DNA from: Mytilus trossulus
Lineage: Eukaryota
NCBI RefSeq assembly: GCF_036588685.1
Contig: NC_086373.1
Coordinates: 16,926,001 to 16,990,000, forward strand
Direction of reading: 5' to 3'
DNA length: 64,000 nucleotides
The translations under genes and the position numbers were made by a program. Under the pieces are notes generated by a model, which had not been told where the DNA came from, searched no databases, and worked only from the letters and a program-made list of their open reading frames with translations. Positions 40,801 to 52,794 of this stretch are shown here, piece by piece. Each line of letters begins with the position of its first letter. Position 1 is the first letter of the stretch.

Positions 40801-43800
40801 AAATTTCATGTTGTTTCCTTCAGAAAATGCACTGTTTCAGAGTTTCCTCCCCTTAAAATGACAATTTAAAAAACATTGAAAGTTATTAATCTACGCTTGT
40901 AAAATTAATGATATGTATCTTGAATTTTTTTTCTTTTATATGAAATGCACATTAGTTTTCTGCAAGGCTCATCAAATTTTGCTATTTTGATTAAAAATCT
41001 GGATCTTAGAGTCTCTGTTATATACAATCCAAGATGGCGGAAGACAACCATTAAACTTCTTCTAAAGCGCTACCGACCGTGCGAGGGCTGTATAGCCAGC
41101 CAAGGTCGTTAAACACTTTTCAAAAGCTCATTTTAAGCAACATGTTGCTTAATAGCAAACAACAATAAATCTATCTGAAGGTTGATATAGACTGAATTGA
41201 TATTTTAACTTGAAAAGTGTATTTCATTAAAATACAACATAATACTTTTGAGAGAGATATCCAAAAACTACTATATACCATCTCACTTCTCTTTAAAATT
41301 TGACACGTAGCTTTGTATTAAAATTAAGCTTTGTATAAGTTATTTGATAAGAATTATCGTGTTGTTAAATCAAGGTTTGCAATTAATTGACCCTGTCATC
41401 TTGTATTTCGGAGAACTCCAATTCAAATTGGAAATTTTCAAATTCAAAAAATTGAGAATGAAAATGGGGAATGTGTCAAAGAGACAACAACCCGACCAAA
41501 TAAAAAAACAACAGCAGAAGGTCACCAACAGGTCTTCAATGTAGCGAGAAATTCCCGCACCCGGACACGTCCTTCAGTTGGCTCCTAAACAAATATATAC
41601 TAGTTCAATGATAATGAACGCCATACTAATTTCCAAATTGTACACAAGAAACTAAAATTAAAATAATACGAGACTTACAAAGGCCAGATGCTCCTGACTA
41701 GGGACAGGCGCAAAAATGCGGCGGGGTTAAATATGTTGTGAGATCTCAATTCTCCCCTATACCTCTAACCAATGTAGAAAAGTAAATGCATAACAATACG
41801 CACATTAAAATTCAGTTCAAGAGAAGTCTGACTAAGTACTTTACACACTGTTAATTATAGCAACCTTTTAAAACAGTTATTGTCGAATTTTAAAAATAGA
41901 TTTTGATTCTTTAAGTTCAATATCATAAATCTTAAGTAATGGGGAGAGGGGGTCTTCGGCAGCAACCATTTGATTTCGGGGGGGGGGGGGGGGGGGGGGC
42001 TATGGATTTTTTTTGGGAAAAAATGTTTGCTTCCAGTTTTTGGAGAACAAAATAATTTGTTTTTGACCCTGAGAAAAAAATTTGTTTGTTTCACCCTAAG
42101 CTGCCACCATATATGCTAAAATTGAAAGAAAAAAACTGTTTTCGACTTGTCGCCAAAAAAAATAGATTGTCCAGAAAAAAGTCCATAGCCCCCATTGAGA
42201 AAATCAAATGGTTGCTGCCTTAATTATTTCTGTGTAATTTATTCACAGCACAATTCATAAATCTTCATAGCTCGAATTATTTTATACACATCTGTATATT
42301 GTTGTATTATATCTTTAATTTAATACAATTCAATGATATGTGGAAAGCCTAATCTCGTACGACTTTATGCACACACCACAATACTAACGGTTTTTAATTC
42401 TTTGGTTCGGTAAAATATGTGCATTCAGGTAACGGTTTGATGATTACCTACCAGACAAGAGTATTGACATTAGGCATTTAAATTAATTAAAAAAAAATTA
42501 GCATTGACAGAACACTTTGTATGTCAACAATTGATTATATTTAAATGTTTTTATTCAAATCTTTGGTCCATATACCAACAAGGAACAATATTATCTCTAC
42601 TTTGAAGACCATCGTCCTATATTTTGATGTGACTACTAGCATGATGTGCAATAGTGGTCCTTTTTTTCTTTATATATATGTAATTGACTTTCAAGCTCAG
42701 TTGGCTCACATGATAGTATGATTAGCATAATACTATTGAATCCTCTCATGTGATATATACATGCACTTGGGGACTTGTTTTTTTTCTTTTCCTTTATGAG
42801 TTCTTGTTTTTATTCATACAACTTTACAATAACAGAAGTTTATACATGCTATCTATCAGTTCTTATTTTCATGTTCTCCTTTTTTTTAAATTTATATGAA
42901 CTAGTCAATAAAATAAACTTTTCAAATTTCGATATCTAAACTTTCACCTTGAAAATTAAAAGTGTGAACTTATTCTCAAAAATATGAATACTAAATTAAC
43001 ATATTCGATATTTGGTACCAAATTATGAAATCTTTCTCAGGTGTAATAATACCTTTGAATAATACCTGTACGGTATTTTCTCACTTTCCGACTTGGTCGA
43101 ATTTTTTTACCATGTTTTGCAAATGAAATTTGTAATTAAAAGTTTTTCCAATTTATGATAATATATTAGAAATTCTAGTACATAGTATATGTCGTCACTT
43201 TTGTTGGCCTCTATATTTACATCTTCCGCTGCTTTTACAATAGGAACGTGTATTCTTATGGTTCTCGTTGCCCAAAATAGACAAACGTTATGTCGACTCT
43301 CTCAACGACGAAAAAAATGTGTCCTGTACACTGAAAGCTGTTTTATTCGAACATTTCACACTTTTGTCATATATGGGAAATGGAAATTAAGAATTAAAAC
43401 TTTGTAAACCCAACAAACTTAGAAAGCAGGAGCACTTAAAACACACGTTTCTCTTTTTTTATAAGAGCCCCGAATCTGAAACGAAAAAAAAATTGATTTT
43501 AGTTCAAAACATCTTGTACATCGCATATATAGCCTCCTTGTTCAAATAATAGGGGATTGGATTTTCTGTCAAGTTGGAGCTGATCATTATACTAGCAAAT
43601 CCTAATGCGTTTCATATGTTGTTTTAACTTACTTGGGGTTTTGTCATTCAAGAATGGTATACTTGATATTTCTTTTAAATGTGATTTCTCAATACTTTCA
43701 GATAAGTCGAGAAATGAAAGATTATAAAAGAGATGACAATAACAAAAGAGGAAAACTTCATGACTTATTAACCCAAACCAAAACAAAGTTCTCAATAGAA

Positions 43801-46800
43801 GATGCCAATTCTTCCGAAGGAATTTCTGTAATAGAGAAGGCTCTCAAAACAGAAGGATTTGTAAAAAATCTTGGTGAAGAGTTCTGCATCAGACAGGAAA
43901 CCATTAAGAAAGGGGAGTGTTGTATCGTTGTTGCAGGTGTGAAGGCATTGTAGAATATTTTTAAAACATAGTTAAGTCAAAGATTTTATTGATATAAAAT
44001 CAAAAATCAAAATCAGAACCAATCGTTGACAAATGAATATGTTCGTTTCCTTCAGTGTTTTTTTTAAAACTGTGGTCAATGAGATTTATGTTAAACTTAA
44101 ATATCTTAAACCCGCAGTCATAATTCAATTCCTTTTAGTTTCATAGACCACATTCAAATCAGCAAAACAAAGCTCAATTACTTAAAAAAAGATATAAAGG
44201 TTTATTGCAAACATTCACATCAAAATCTACTTGTATTTGTTTTTCATTTATTTGTTTTGTACATAAATCCGACCGTCAGTTCTCTCTATCGTCTAAATTG
44301 ATTAACATTTATCATTTCGAGGACTTTTATATTTTGTGTTTTGCTCATGTTCGAAGGCGAATGGGGACGTCTATTTGCTTATTTCATTTAGTCTCAAGTG
44401 GAGAGTTGTCTTATTGGCAATCATACCACATCTTCTATTTTTAAATGAAATACCAAAGATTCTTTTTATTATTTTGCAGGCGAAACGGCAGCTGGAAAAA
44501 CTCTATTCTTAAACCTGATATTGGGTGAAGACATAATGACGTCAAAACATTGGTCTTGTAGTGTTATCACCCGTTTGTCATATGGCAAGACAAAACATGC
44601 TAGAATTGTCTATCATGACAAAAACAGACCAGATGATATATATGATAATATTGATAATGGCAAACTCCATAAACTAGTGTACGAAGAAAACCTAGACAAG
44701 AGGGAAAACCTTTCTGATATAAAGGAAGTCCAGATATATCTTCCAGCTAAACTATTAGAGGTAAAACTTTTTAACTATTAATTGTTTGACGAAGCAATAT
44801 ACAAGTTAAATTTGTTTTTTTTTTCTAAACAATTTTGTTAATTATTTATTACGATCGGATGATTTTTTTTTTTATAAAAGTTAAAGCCACAGTAAAGCAC
44901 AGAAGGGTAACGTCTTCAAAATAAATCAACGAACAGAAGAAAAGGCAAAAAAACAAAAGCTGCTCATTTCTTACGCCTTGCGTCCACATTGAATAAGAAA
45001 AAAAGGCAAATAAAAGATGATATGTGGAGTATTCATAATTGACAAGCAAAATAAAACGAAACAAAGATATCTTAACGAAAAATACATGGTTTTCGACAAA
45101 ACGAAAACGTTCATTCGATAGGTCAAGCTCTTAATTGTCGTGAGTAAGGAAGTTAAACAAAGAAGTACCATCGATACAAAATTCCTTAATTTAATTTTAA
45201 TCGGAAAGACATCCACTGGTTCGGGGAAGGCCCATCACTCTTACGTTTCCAGAGAAAAAAACTACCTTCCGTGAAAGCAACTTTTAACATTCTTATTATT
45301 TATTCAGATATGTAAATTATCATTCAGTAATCCTTGTTATCGTATGGGTCTAATTTAAAATTATTTTGCCTTTATTTAGAGTGGTATAGTTCTGATAGAT
45401 ACACCTGGTATAGGAAAAAACGATGATATCGACGTTGTGGTAGAAAAATTTGTTGACGAAAATCAAGTGACTGGATTTATTTACATGATTAAATCTGATA
45501 ACCCCGGAGGTGTGGATGAAGACAGTGTACTTATTTATTTTGTTATTTTCATCATGGCTTATTTATTACATCGCATATTATTTCACATGAACAAAACGAA
45601 AAATCAGATAACAACGTTAATTAAATGATATGAGCAAAAAACAGCCCCAATACGGATAAATCATCCTGTGCAATAGAGATGACGTTCTACTGTCGATATA
45701 AATCAAGAGTTAATATTGCTTTTCGAACAGGGCCAATACTGAAAAAATAGAAAAGCCCGGAGAGAAGCCGTATTGGCCTATGGGCTAATATGGGAAATTC
45801 ACTTCCGGTTATATTTTTCTTACGCCTTATTTAACCTTTAATCATTAAATGAAAGTGTTATAGACTTACTGTATCGGTATTGGCCCTATTAATGATTATC
45901 GGTCAGCTGTGTTTGCCCTCGACTCTTTGTTCAATATTATAGTGTTATTAACTGGCTGTTTCTGTATTGGCACTGGTATAGATTCAAGGTTTGCTGTATT
46001 GGCCTCGAGACCCGCAGAAAAACCTGCATTTATTTATTTATTTATTTATTTTTTTAATTTAATTTTAATATTTTACACAATATACTTTCCAGTATTCAAA
46101 TAATTGATTTGTACACTATTTTGTAATGGTTTTCACTGAAAACGTAGCATTGAGGTGTATTTTCCGGGATTTGCCGAGTATCACCGGAACGCCATGTGAT
46201 AAAGTTACGGAAAGGCATGTGATAACAATCGAGCATGTGATAAACTTTTCATATCAGCCCGCTAAGCACCAATTCGAAAAATATGGAAAATACTTTAATT
46301 TAATGCTATTATCATACGGTAAAAATCATATGTTATTTAGTCTTAGTATAGGATAACACGTTTTAAATGATTATAAGAGAATTAAAAACCGGAAGTAAAC
46401 GTCTCGTATTAGCCCATGGGCCAATACAGCTTTCTTGCCGCTATTTTCTGAAATGGCCCTGTTTTTTCCGTTTCAAAACTTTAAGACGTTACAAAACATT
46501 GCACATCATTTAACCAGTTTATTTTATGACTTTAATTAAAAAAATATTATACAAATGTTTTTATGCATAACGATACTTCCAAAGTTAAGTAATGGCGTAA
46601 GAAAATTGAAAACCGGAAGTGAATGTTCTGTATTAGCTAATACGGCTTTTTTCCCGCTTTTTTCTGTATTGGCCCTGGTTTTTTTCGTATTGGCCCTGTT
46701 CAATTATATTAAATCTTGATTTATATCGACAGTGGAACGTTTTTGGTATTGCACATGCTGATTAGGGCTTATTTGCTCATATCATTTAATAAATCTATCT

Positions 46801-49786
46801 ACAATCTATAACAGGGCCAGTACAGAAACAGCAAGTTAATATCACTATAATATTTACCATATAAACGTAAATGGGCAACCATTATTAATACTATACCTAA
46901 CTTAAAATCCTGTGTTACGAAAATATAAACAAACAGCAAAAGTAAGATGAACAAAATTTGCTTAAATTAGAAACAGGATCGACTGCTGAACAATGAACTT
47001 TATATGTTATTCAGGTCTCAGACAGGGTATATACTGTGACATTCCCGGCTTAGAGTTTATATCCCCTGAGCCGTGAATATCACAGTATATACCCTTTCTG
47101 AAACATGAATTACACATATATTACGGATAACCCCTGACTTAATGTTATTTCCAGTGCAGGTATTTGTTGACAACACATATATATTGAAAATCCCAACCTG
47201 ATATGTTCGGCATACGTGAAGGATTTTCTAATTTGCTGTGAACATAATTTTATCGTGTATGTAGTAATTTATAATAACACTTTCAACATTAAATTTAAGT
47301 ATTAAAAGTGTAATTTTGCATGATTTTGTTTGAAAAAATGTATTATTGACTGAAGGACGTCATTATTTTCTCTCTGTGAGCCTCTGACAGTCTGATAGAA
47401 CTGACTACGTCACATAGTAACCGGTGTTATGATGACGTTTTTAAGGTTCCAATTGGGGATAGAAACGTCGTATATACCCCGGCAGTTTCCTGAATATATA
47501 CTGACATCTCTGTGCTGTTATCCAATCACAAACCTCGACACATTTGTAATCCGTCATATAAATTGTTTTTACCTAACTCTTAACTCTAATTCATAGTTTC
47601 CTATATTTTGTTGTATATGCCATTTAGTTTTGGTATTAACAATTTTTTTATGTGGAACTTTTTGTCTCAAATAAGATTTTGTGAATTGTTTTCTTCCGAA
47701 ACACATATCTTGCTGACTGAAATATGTGCCATTTGTTTATATTGATAAACGCCATTCTTGTACCAACTACTCATGTACTAGTCTCTAACTTATCCAGTAT
47801 CACCTACTAAGTAATACTGACCATCAAAGTACCTGTCGTTAGTAATAACATGTAAAATAAACGTACCAAATGCTTAATTGCTTAATGTTAATAATGTAAT
47901 TGGTGATTACAAGAGTTCTGGTACTTTCAGTTAGTTAAATTGATGAAGATAATTCTACAAAAGGAAAAGACAAAAGGAGAAAAGGGCACATTTAGATTTG
48001 ATCCTAGCTGTGCAATGTTCATTTGTAATCGTTGGGATAATGTATGTGAAAAAGATAAAGTATATAAATACATAGTTGACAGGCTTCATAAAATTTGGCC
48101 TAAGTTCGACGAAGAGAAAGTAAAGACATTTTCATCATACAAAGCCAAAAACGAAATGGAGACAGATCAAGATTATATAACATCAGACTTTCAAGATGTA
48201 TTAAATATACTGAGAAATATTTACAGCCAAGCTTTGAATGAACGAGTGAAGGTCACTTACAAGTAAGTTAATTACAAATTGGTGTCAAATATGGGAAATA
48301 ACAAAGATATTAAACGACAACCCTCTTCGTCATTAGTTAAAATTTCAAAACCTAAATTATGAGATCGATTTTTCACCAAGCGAAGGTTTGACAGTAAAAT
48401 GAGCTGTGCCTTTATAGTTTGATTTCAAAACACATACTTCTTTCTACTTGTTGAAGGAGGGACAATAATGCAATAACAAGACTCAATAGTATTGAGTTTC
48501 TATTTCTGATTTTGATTTATAGTTCATGACTTGCAGTGAGTTTAGCGTTGTTGTTTTTTTCCATGTTGAATGCCTCATTGTGCTTTATAGATGAAAAACA
48601 GCAACAACAAAAAACCGCTGTTCCTTTGCTTTTTATGCTGTTATTTTGTGTCGAAGATGGATACTCGATATCCTTTGTTATTTTGTTGGTAACATGCTGA
48701 AATATTAACGTTTATATTAGGTGGATGAAAACTCTTTTACTGCGATCAGTACATCACATGAAAACAATGGTTAAACAACTCAACTGTTCGGATGATGAAA
48801 TGATAAACAAAATGAAAGAAGCGAATAAAAATTTGGAAAAGCTAAACAATGAATCAGTTGACGTCATAACATCTTTAAGAGATATGATTAACACCAAGTC
48901 TCATCAAATTTGCGGTTTATTTCGAGAGAACCTGAAGCTACCTGTGGTGCGGATGGCTATAACTCAGTGGATAGAAGAAGAACTTCCAAGCGAGTTCATT
49001 CTATATCAGTATGGAATGCCTAAAGCAGTCAAGAAAGAATGGATGGATCTTAAAACGGAAATTGATGCTTTAATCATTGAAAGGATCGGTATTGAACTGG
49101 GCAAATGGGAAGAAATATACGGTACCATTGATATTCTTGAAACATTGGTTATTAACGAAATTCAGAAAAAGGTTTTGGGACTAACCAATGAGGTGACAAA
49201 AGTAGAGACAGAATTGCATTCATCAACAGCATCCAGAGATTTGACCGCATCAATTCCAAAACCCGCGCATCGAAGAGATAGCAGACGTGAAACTGTTTGT
49301 GCTACCTATTCTGGCAAAATGCAACTAGAGGATAATCAGTACTATCTCAGTGCCCTTGCAAGAAATAAAATGTTCCAGCCGATGAAGAAAGTTATACGAA
49401 TATTTCCGGGTGCTAATAAGTGGACGGTTTACGCGAGTAACAAATGCGCATATGCAAAGGGTCGATCTGAAAAACTTCTGAAAACATTTACCGAGCCATG
49501 CCAAAATGAGGACGATCCGCTGAAAATTGTCATTGACTTTTTTATGGAAGGAGCTAAGGAAACATTAGATAAATCCATTCTTGAGATTCAAAATTTGATC
49601 AAATCAAACCAGGACATTTTTAGTCACGTGTCAACGTGTAAACGTGATGTTGCCAAACATCTTCGAGTATATGAGGAAATGATGAAAGAACTAGAAGTTC
49701 TCAAACGTCTTCTAGCAGATTATGGTGAGGGATATATATTTATTGAAGATTTTAAACCAAATGAGTTACAGATTATTGATCAATAA
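34861..49786 (+). CDS. Gene D, open 5' part: N-terminal domain + dynamin-like GTPase + stalk (756 aa up to an insertion-created stop)
   Basis: Exons 34861-35070, 43702-43936, 44480-44760, 45380-45526 (weak donor T|gtactt), 47931-48262 and 48721-49786 (TAA). G1 GETAAGKT, G3 DTPG, G4 NRWD. Intron positions are shared with B/C. Confidence 0.75.
35233..37621 (+). mobile_element. Helentron/HINE-like non-autonomous elements, two tandem units (35233-36473 and ~36503-37621)
   Basis: 5' AGCTCACCT with a nearby inverted copy AGTGAGCT, a (CGTC/CGT)n microsatellite, long internal repeats, 3' AGGTGAGC plus hairpin AGGCTCTTTAGAGCCT, and T-rich flanks. Absent from the duplicate near 62.36-62.40 kb. Confidence 0.75.
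37992..38547. mobile_element. MITE with TTAA flanks (Kolobok-like GG..CC termini)
   Basis: TTAA|GGAGGCTCGTGGGTACAAA ... TTTATACCCAGGAGCCCCC|TTAA; absent from the duplicate at ~62750. Confidence 0.7.
39130..39539 (+). ncRNA. Two tandem degenerate minimal type I hammerhead ribozyme motifs (retrozyme / Penelope pLTR-like, ~361-nt monomer)
   Basis: Consensus GCGTCA-CTGATGA-GTC(loop)GAC-GAAA-CGCGCG-TC-TGGCGT. The copy at ~39132-39180 has a 5-nt insertion in the core. The copy at ~39493-39537 has CTTATGA. Confidence 0.7.
39540..40302 (-). mobile_element. 5'-truncated non-LTR retrotransposon (LINE 3' end)
   Basis: ORF end LAIETGRY...ERLCKLC...ENEIHFMMNCPLY (CCHC knuckle), a 3'UTR with ~24-bp tandem repeats, a (TCTTA)n tail at 39540-39560, and an apparent TSD CGTATA at 39534-39539 and 40303-40308. 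Confidence 0.8.
41958..42220. mobile_element. MITE with ~20-bp TIRs and an internal poly-G run
   Basis: GGCAGCAACCATTTGATTT ... AAATCAAATGGTTGCTGCC. Confidence 0.65.
45620..46790. mobile_element. Foldback/MITE with long imperfect TIRs
   Basis: ATTAAATGATATGAGCAAA...CTGTCGATATAAATCAAGA at the left; the reverse complements TCTTGATTTATATCGACAG...TTTGCTCATATCATTTAAT at the right. Confidence 0.7.
47003..47560. mobile_element. Element with a ~115-bp terminal hairpin plus a body bounded by short inverted repeats
   Basis: CAGACAGGGTATATACTGTGACATTCCCGGCT ... AGCCGTGAATATCACAGTATATACCCTTTCTG, followed by TATATTACGGAT ... ATCCGTCATATA. Confidence 0.55.
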
Positions 49787-51143
49787 AGGCAAAAGTAGTA
49801 TACCACTGTTCAAAATTCATTAATCCATGGACAAAAAACAAAAACGGGGTAACAAACCAAAACCGAGGGAAACGCATTAAATATAAGAGGAGAACAACGA
49901 CACAACACCGAAACACAACACACACAGAAAAGGACCAAGCATCAGACAAAACACCACGAGAATAACAAATATAACATGAAAACCAAATACATGAATTTGG
50001 GATAGACAAGTACCGTGCCACGTCTTATCTCAATATCTCAAAAATAAGAGAAAACACAAACGACTCAACGTTAAAATGCAACACACACAGAAACGAACAA
50101 TAATATAACAATGGCCATCTTCCTGACTTGGTACAGGACACTTTTAAAGGGGAATAAAAGTGGTGGGTTGAACCTGGTTTTGTGGCATGCCAAACCTCGC
50201 ACTTTAATGGCAAAGTTAAATATAACATTGAAATGACAACATAATATTACAGGACTACAATACAAATAAATTGGAGATCATATTAGACAAAGCAAAACAT
50301 GATTAATAGATAACAAAAAGCATCAGGTTTAAATTCAATACGCCAAAAACGCGCCTTGTCCACACAAGACTCACCAATGACACCCAGATATAAAAGATCG
50401 AAAGTGAAAAAAGTACAAAGTTGTACAGCACTGAAGATCAAAAGTTGAAAAGGTTTCGCCAAATACGGCATTGTTTTTATGCCCGGGATAAGAACATTCT
50501 TATTATATAGAACAATTCACGCTATTGCAAACAGTACATTTTATCAAATGAATATGAAAGAGATATACATAAAGAAACTGAGGTATTAACAAATTACAGA
50601 AAACTAAACCCGAATACATAACGCCCAGATATAAAAGATCGAAAGTGAAAAAGGTACAAAGTTGTACAGCACTGAAGATCAAAAGTTGAAAAGGTTTTGC
50701 CAAATACGGCATTGTTTTTATGCACGGGATAAGAACATCCTTATTATATAGAACACTTAATGCTATTGCAAACAGTAAATTTTAACAATTGAATATGAAA
50801 GAGATATACATAATGAAACTGAAGTATTAACTAATTACAGAAAACTAAACCCGAATACATAATGCTAAGTTTATCACAAAATAGACACACCCGAATCAGT
50901 CCAGGCGTCAACGTAATTAAAAAAAATTAAAAATGTGACGTCACATACGATGGCGAAAAGGCACAAATGTTATGCCACATTTGAACTTATGAAATTTAGA
51001 AACATCATGACGTCACATATGAAAAACTATCATTCAAAAGTGAGATAGAATTAGGATTGATTTAAGATTGTATTAGAACTATACTGATAATCCATTCCAA
51101 CAAAATGCATATTGCAATACATATTAATAGCAATTAACTGTAA
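49784..51143. mobile_element. ~1.36-kb composite insertion inside D exon 6
   Basis: Begins with the repeat end AATAAAGGCAA(C/A)AGTAGTATACC, also seen at ~8486, ~22057 and, reversed, ~4050. Contains a ~239-bp tandem duplication (50384-50861) and a decayed hammerhead-like motif on the minus strand (~50340-50385). The coding frame resumes after it. Confidence 0.75.
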
Positions 51144-51145
51144 TA

Positions 51146-52794
51146 TATATATGTGTCCAGTTTGATATGAATCCAAATTCAAACGTAAATAATCGTACAA
51201 AATTTAATATTATTAATAATAACGCAACAGGAAGGTCAACGACCCCTTTCAAAATATCAGAATTCTTGATGAACATGTCAAGTTCACAAACTAGCACGAT
51301 CCAACAATGCCCCAGGGGTTTGTGGACAGCACACCAGAAAGGACTACTGAAACATGAAAATAGCGAAGAAAAGGTTACCATTAAAATATACCTTCCTTCA
51401 TGCAACACAGACAGATGCTATTCCAAAATTGCAAAGCTGAGGTTAGTTCACTATTTTTATTTAACTTAATGTTAATAGTAAAAAAATATCAAGCGCGTGT
51501 TTAAGTATCTTAAAACTAAAATGTGTTTTTCAATCGTTTTTGACGTGTTTTGTCATTTGAATTTACCATGTGATAAGGGACTATCCAATTGAATTTTCCT
51601 CGGAGTTCAGTATTTTTGTGAATTTACCTTTTAAAGCAAAAGTAAAATTTTGTGCTTCTTTTTTTATTTCAAATTTTATCATTTTTGAAAATAAAGTTCT
51701 ATAGATAAACTCATATCTGTTAAATTTATTTGATGGAACTATCCAATGTCGCATCATAACAACGATATTTTAATTGTATTTCAGATTATTAGAACATAGC
51801 AATGTTGCAGAATTCTTGGGAATAAAAAATTCAGAATCGTATTTTCCTGCAATTGTATACAACAAACCTATGAGGATACTTCGACATCAATACGAGAAAC
51901 ATTCTGGACATTTATATATCTCCAACTTACTCCAGGAGGTTACAATGGGGTTACAATACCTTCATAGACATGGGATGGTCCATATGGAACTTAATATGAA
52001 TACTGTTATGGTAGATATATTTTTCAGTTATTTTAAAATAAAATGGATAAAATTTGAAATAAAAAATATCTTATAAATTTTTTGTTAGACAGTACATTAA
52101 ATTATTTTTGTCGTTACTTTAAGATTAACAGAAGTCTCAATAGCACACTATATGTTTCTGTAGTCTAAAGATTGTGGAATCGGATAGTCGAATCGCATTT
52201 TTGCGCATGAAAATAGTAGAACAAAAGTCGTACTTATTTAAAAAAAATTTAGAGAAATCTAGAAAGTCATGCTTTGTTACAAATATAATATATTCTATTA
52301 ATTAATTTATTAGCACAAAATGGGCGAAAATAAAATAATTTTTACTTTTGTGTCTTGTTTGTAGTTGGATTCAGCGGGAAACATTCGTCTAACTGGTTTT
52401 TATCTTCCTCGTAAAGCAGATCTTCCAGGAAACCAAGAGCAACATATAAGTGGAGATTTTGTCTATTAGGCACCGGAAGTTTTGAGAGGAGATCTGTACA
52501 CCGCAAGTGCAGATGTCTATGCGTTTGGCCGTCTGATGTTTGACATGATGTCGAAAAATATCGCTAGATCTGTTTATTAAAAGAATAAATCCTAGAGAAA
52601 TGATAAGTCTCGAAACTGATGTGCCTGATGATGCAATTGACATTATACTTCGGTGCTTAGAAATATCAGAGGAATCGAGACCAACACTTTTAAATTTACA
52701 AGAACAAGTAAAGGTCCTCAAAACTGACCAACATGCCAAAGAACCCAAGCAAAATGAAGTAACTTACCGGGGACATAAACATGGAAGGGACTAG
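51146..52794 (+). pseudogene. Gene D, 3' part: disrupted pseudokinase domain
   Basis: Exon remainder ~51146-51441 (VTIK lysine motif), exon 51785-52010 (LQYLHRHGMVHMELNMNTVM) and exon 52365-52794 (IRLTGFY...DFVY*APEVL...DVYAFG). In-frame TAG at 52467-52469, and a frameshift before the C-terminal ...LRCLEISEESRPT segment. Confidence 0.8.

Noticed and set aside
50283-50712. Two similar short ORFs (MPYLAKPFQLL...)
   Set aside because: They are a by-product of the ~239-bp tandem duplication inside the insertion.
49725-51160. Treating the D insertion as an ordinary intron (donor G|GTGAGG at 49725, acceptor CAG at 51160)
   Set aside because: The phases do not match and give an immediate TGA. The skipped residues align with coding sequence in B/C, and no GT occurs at the junction before the TAA.
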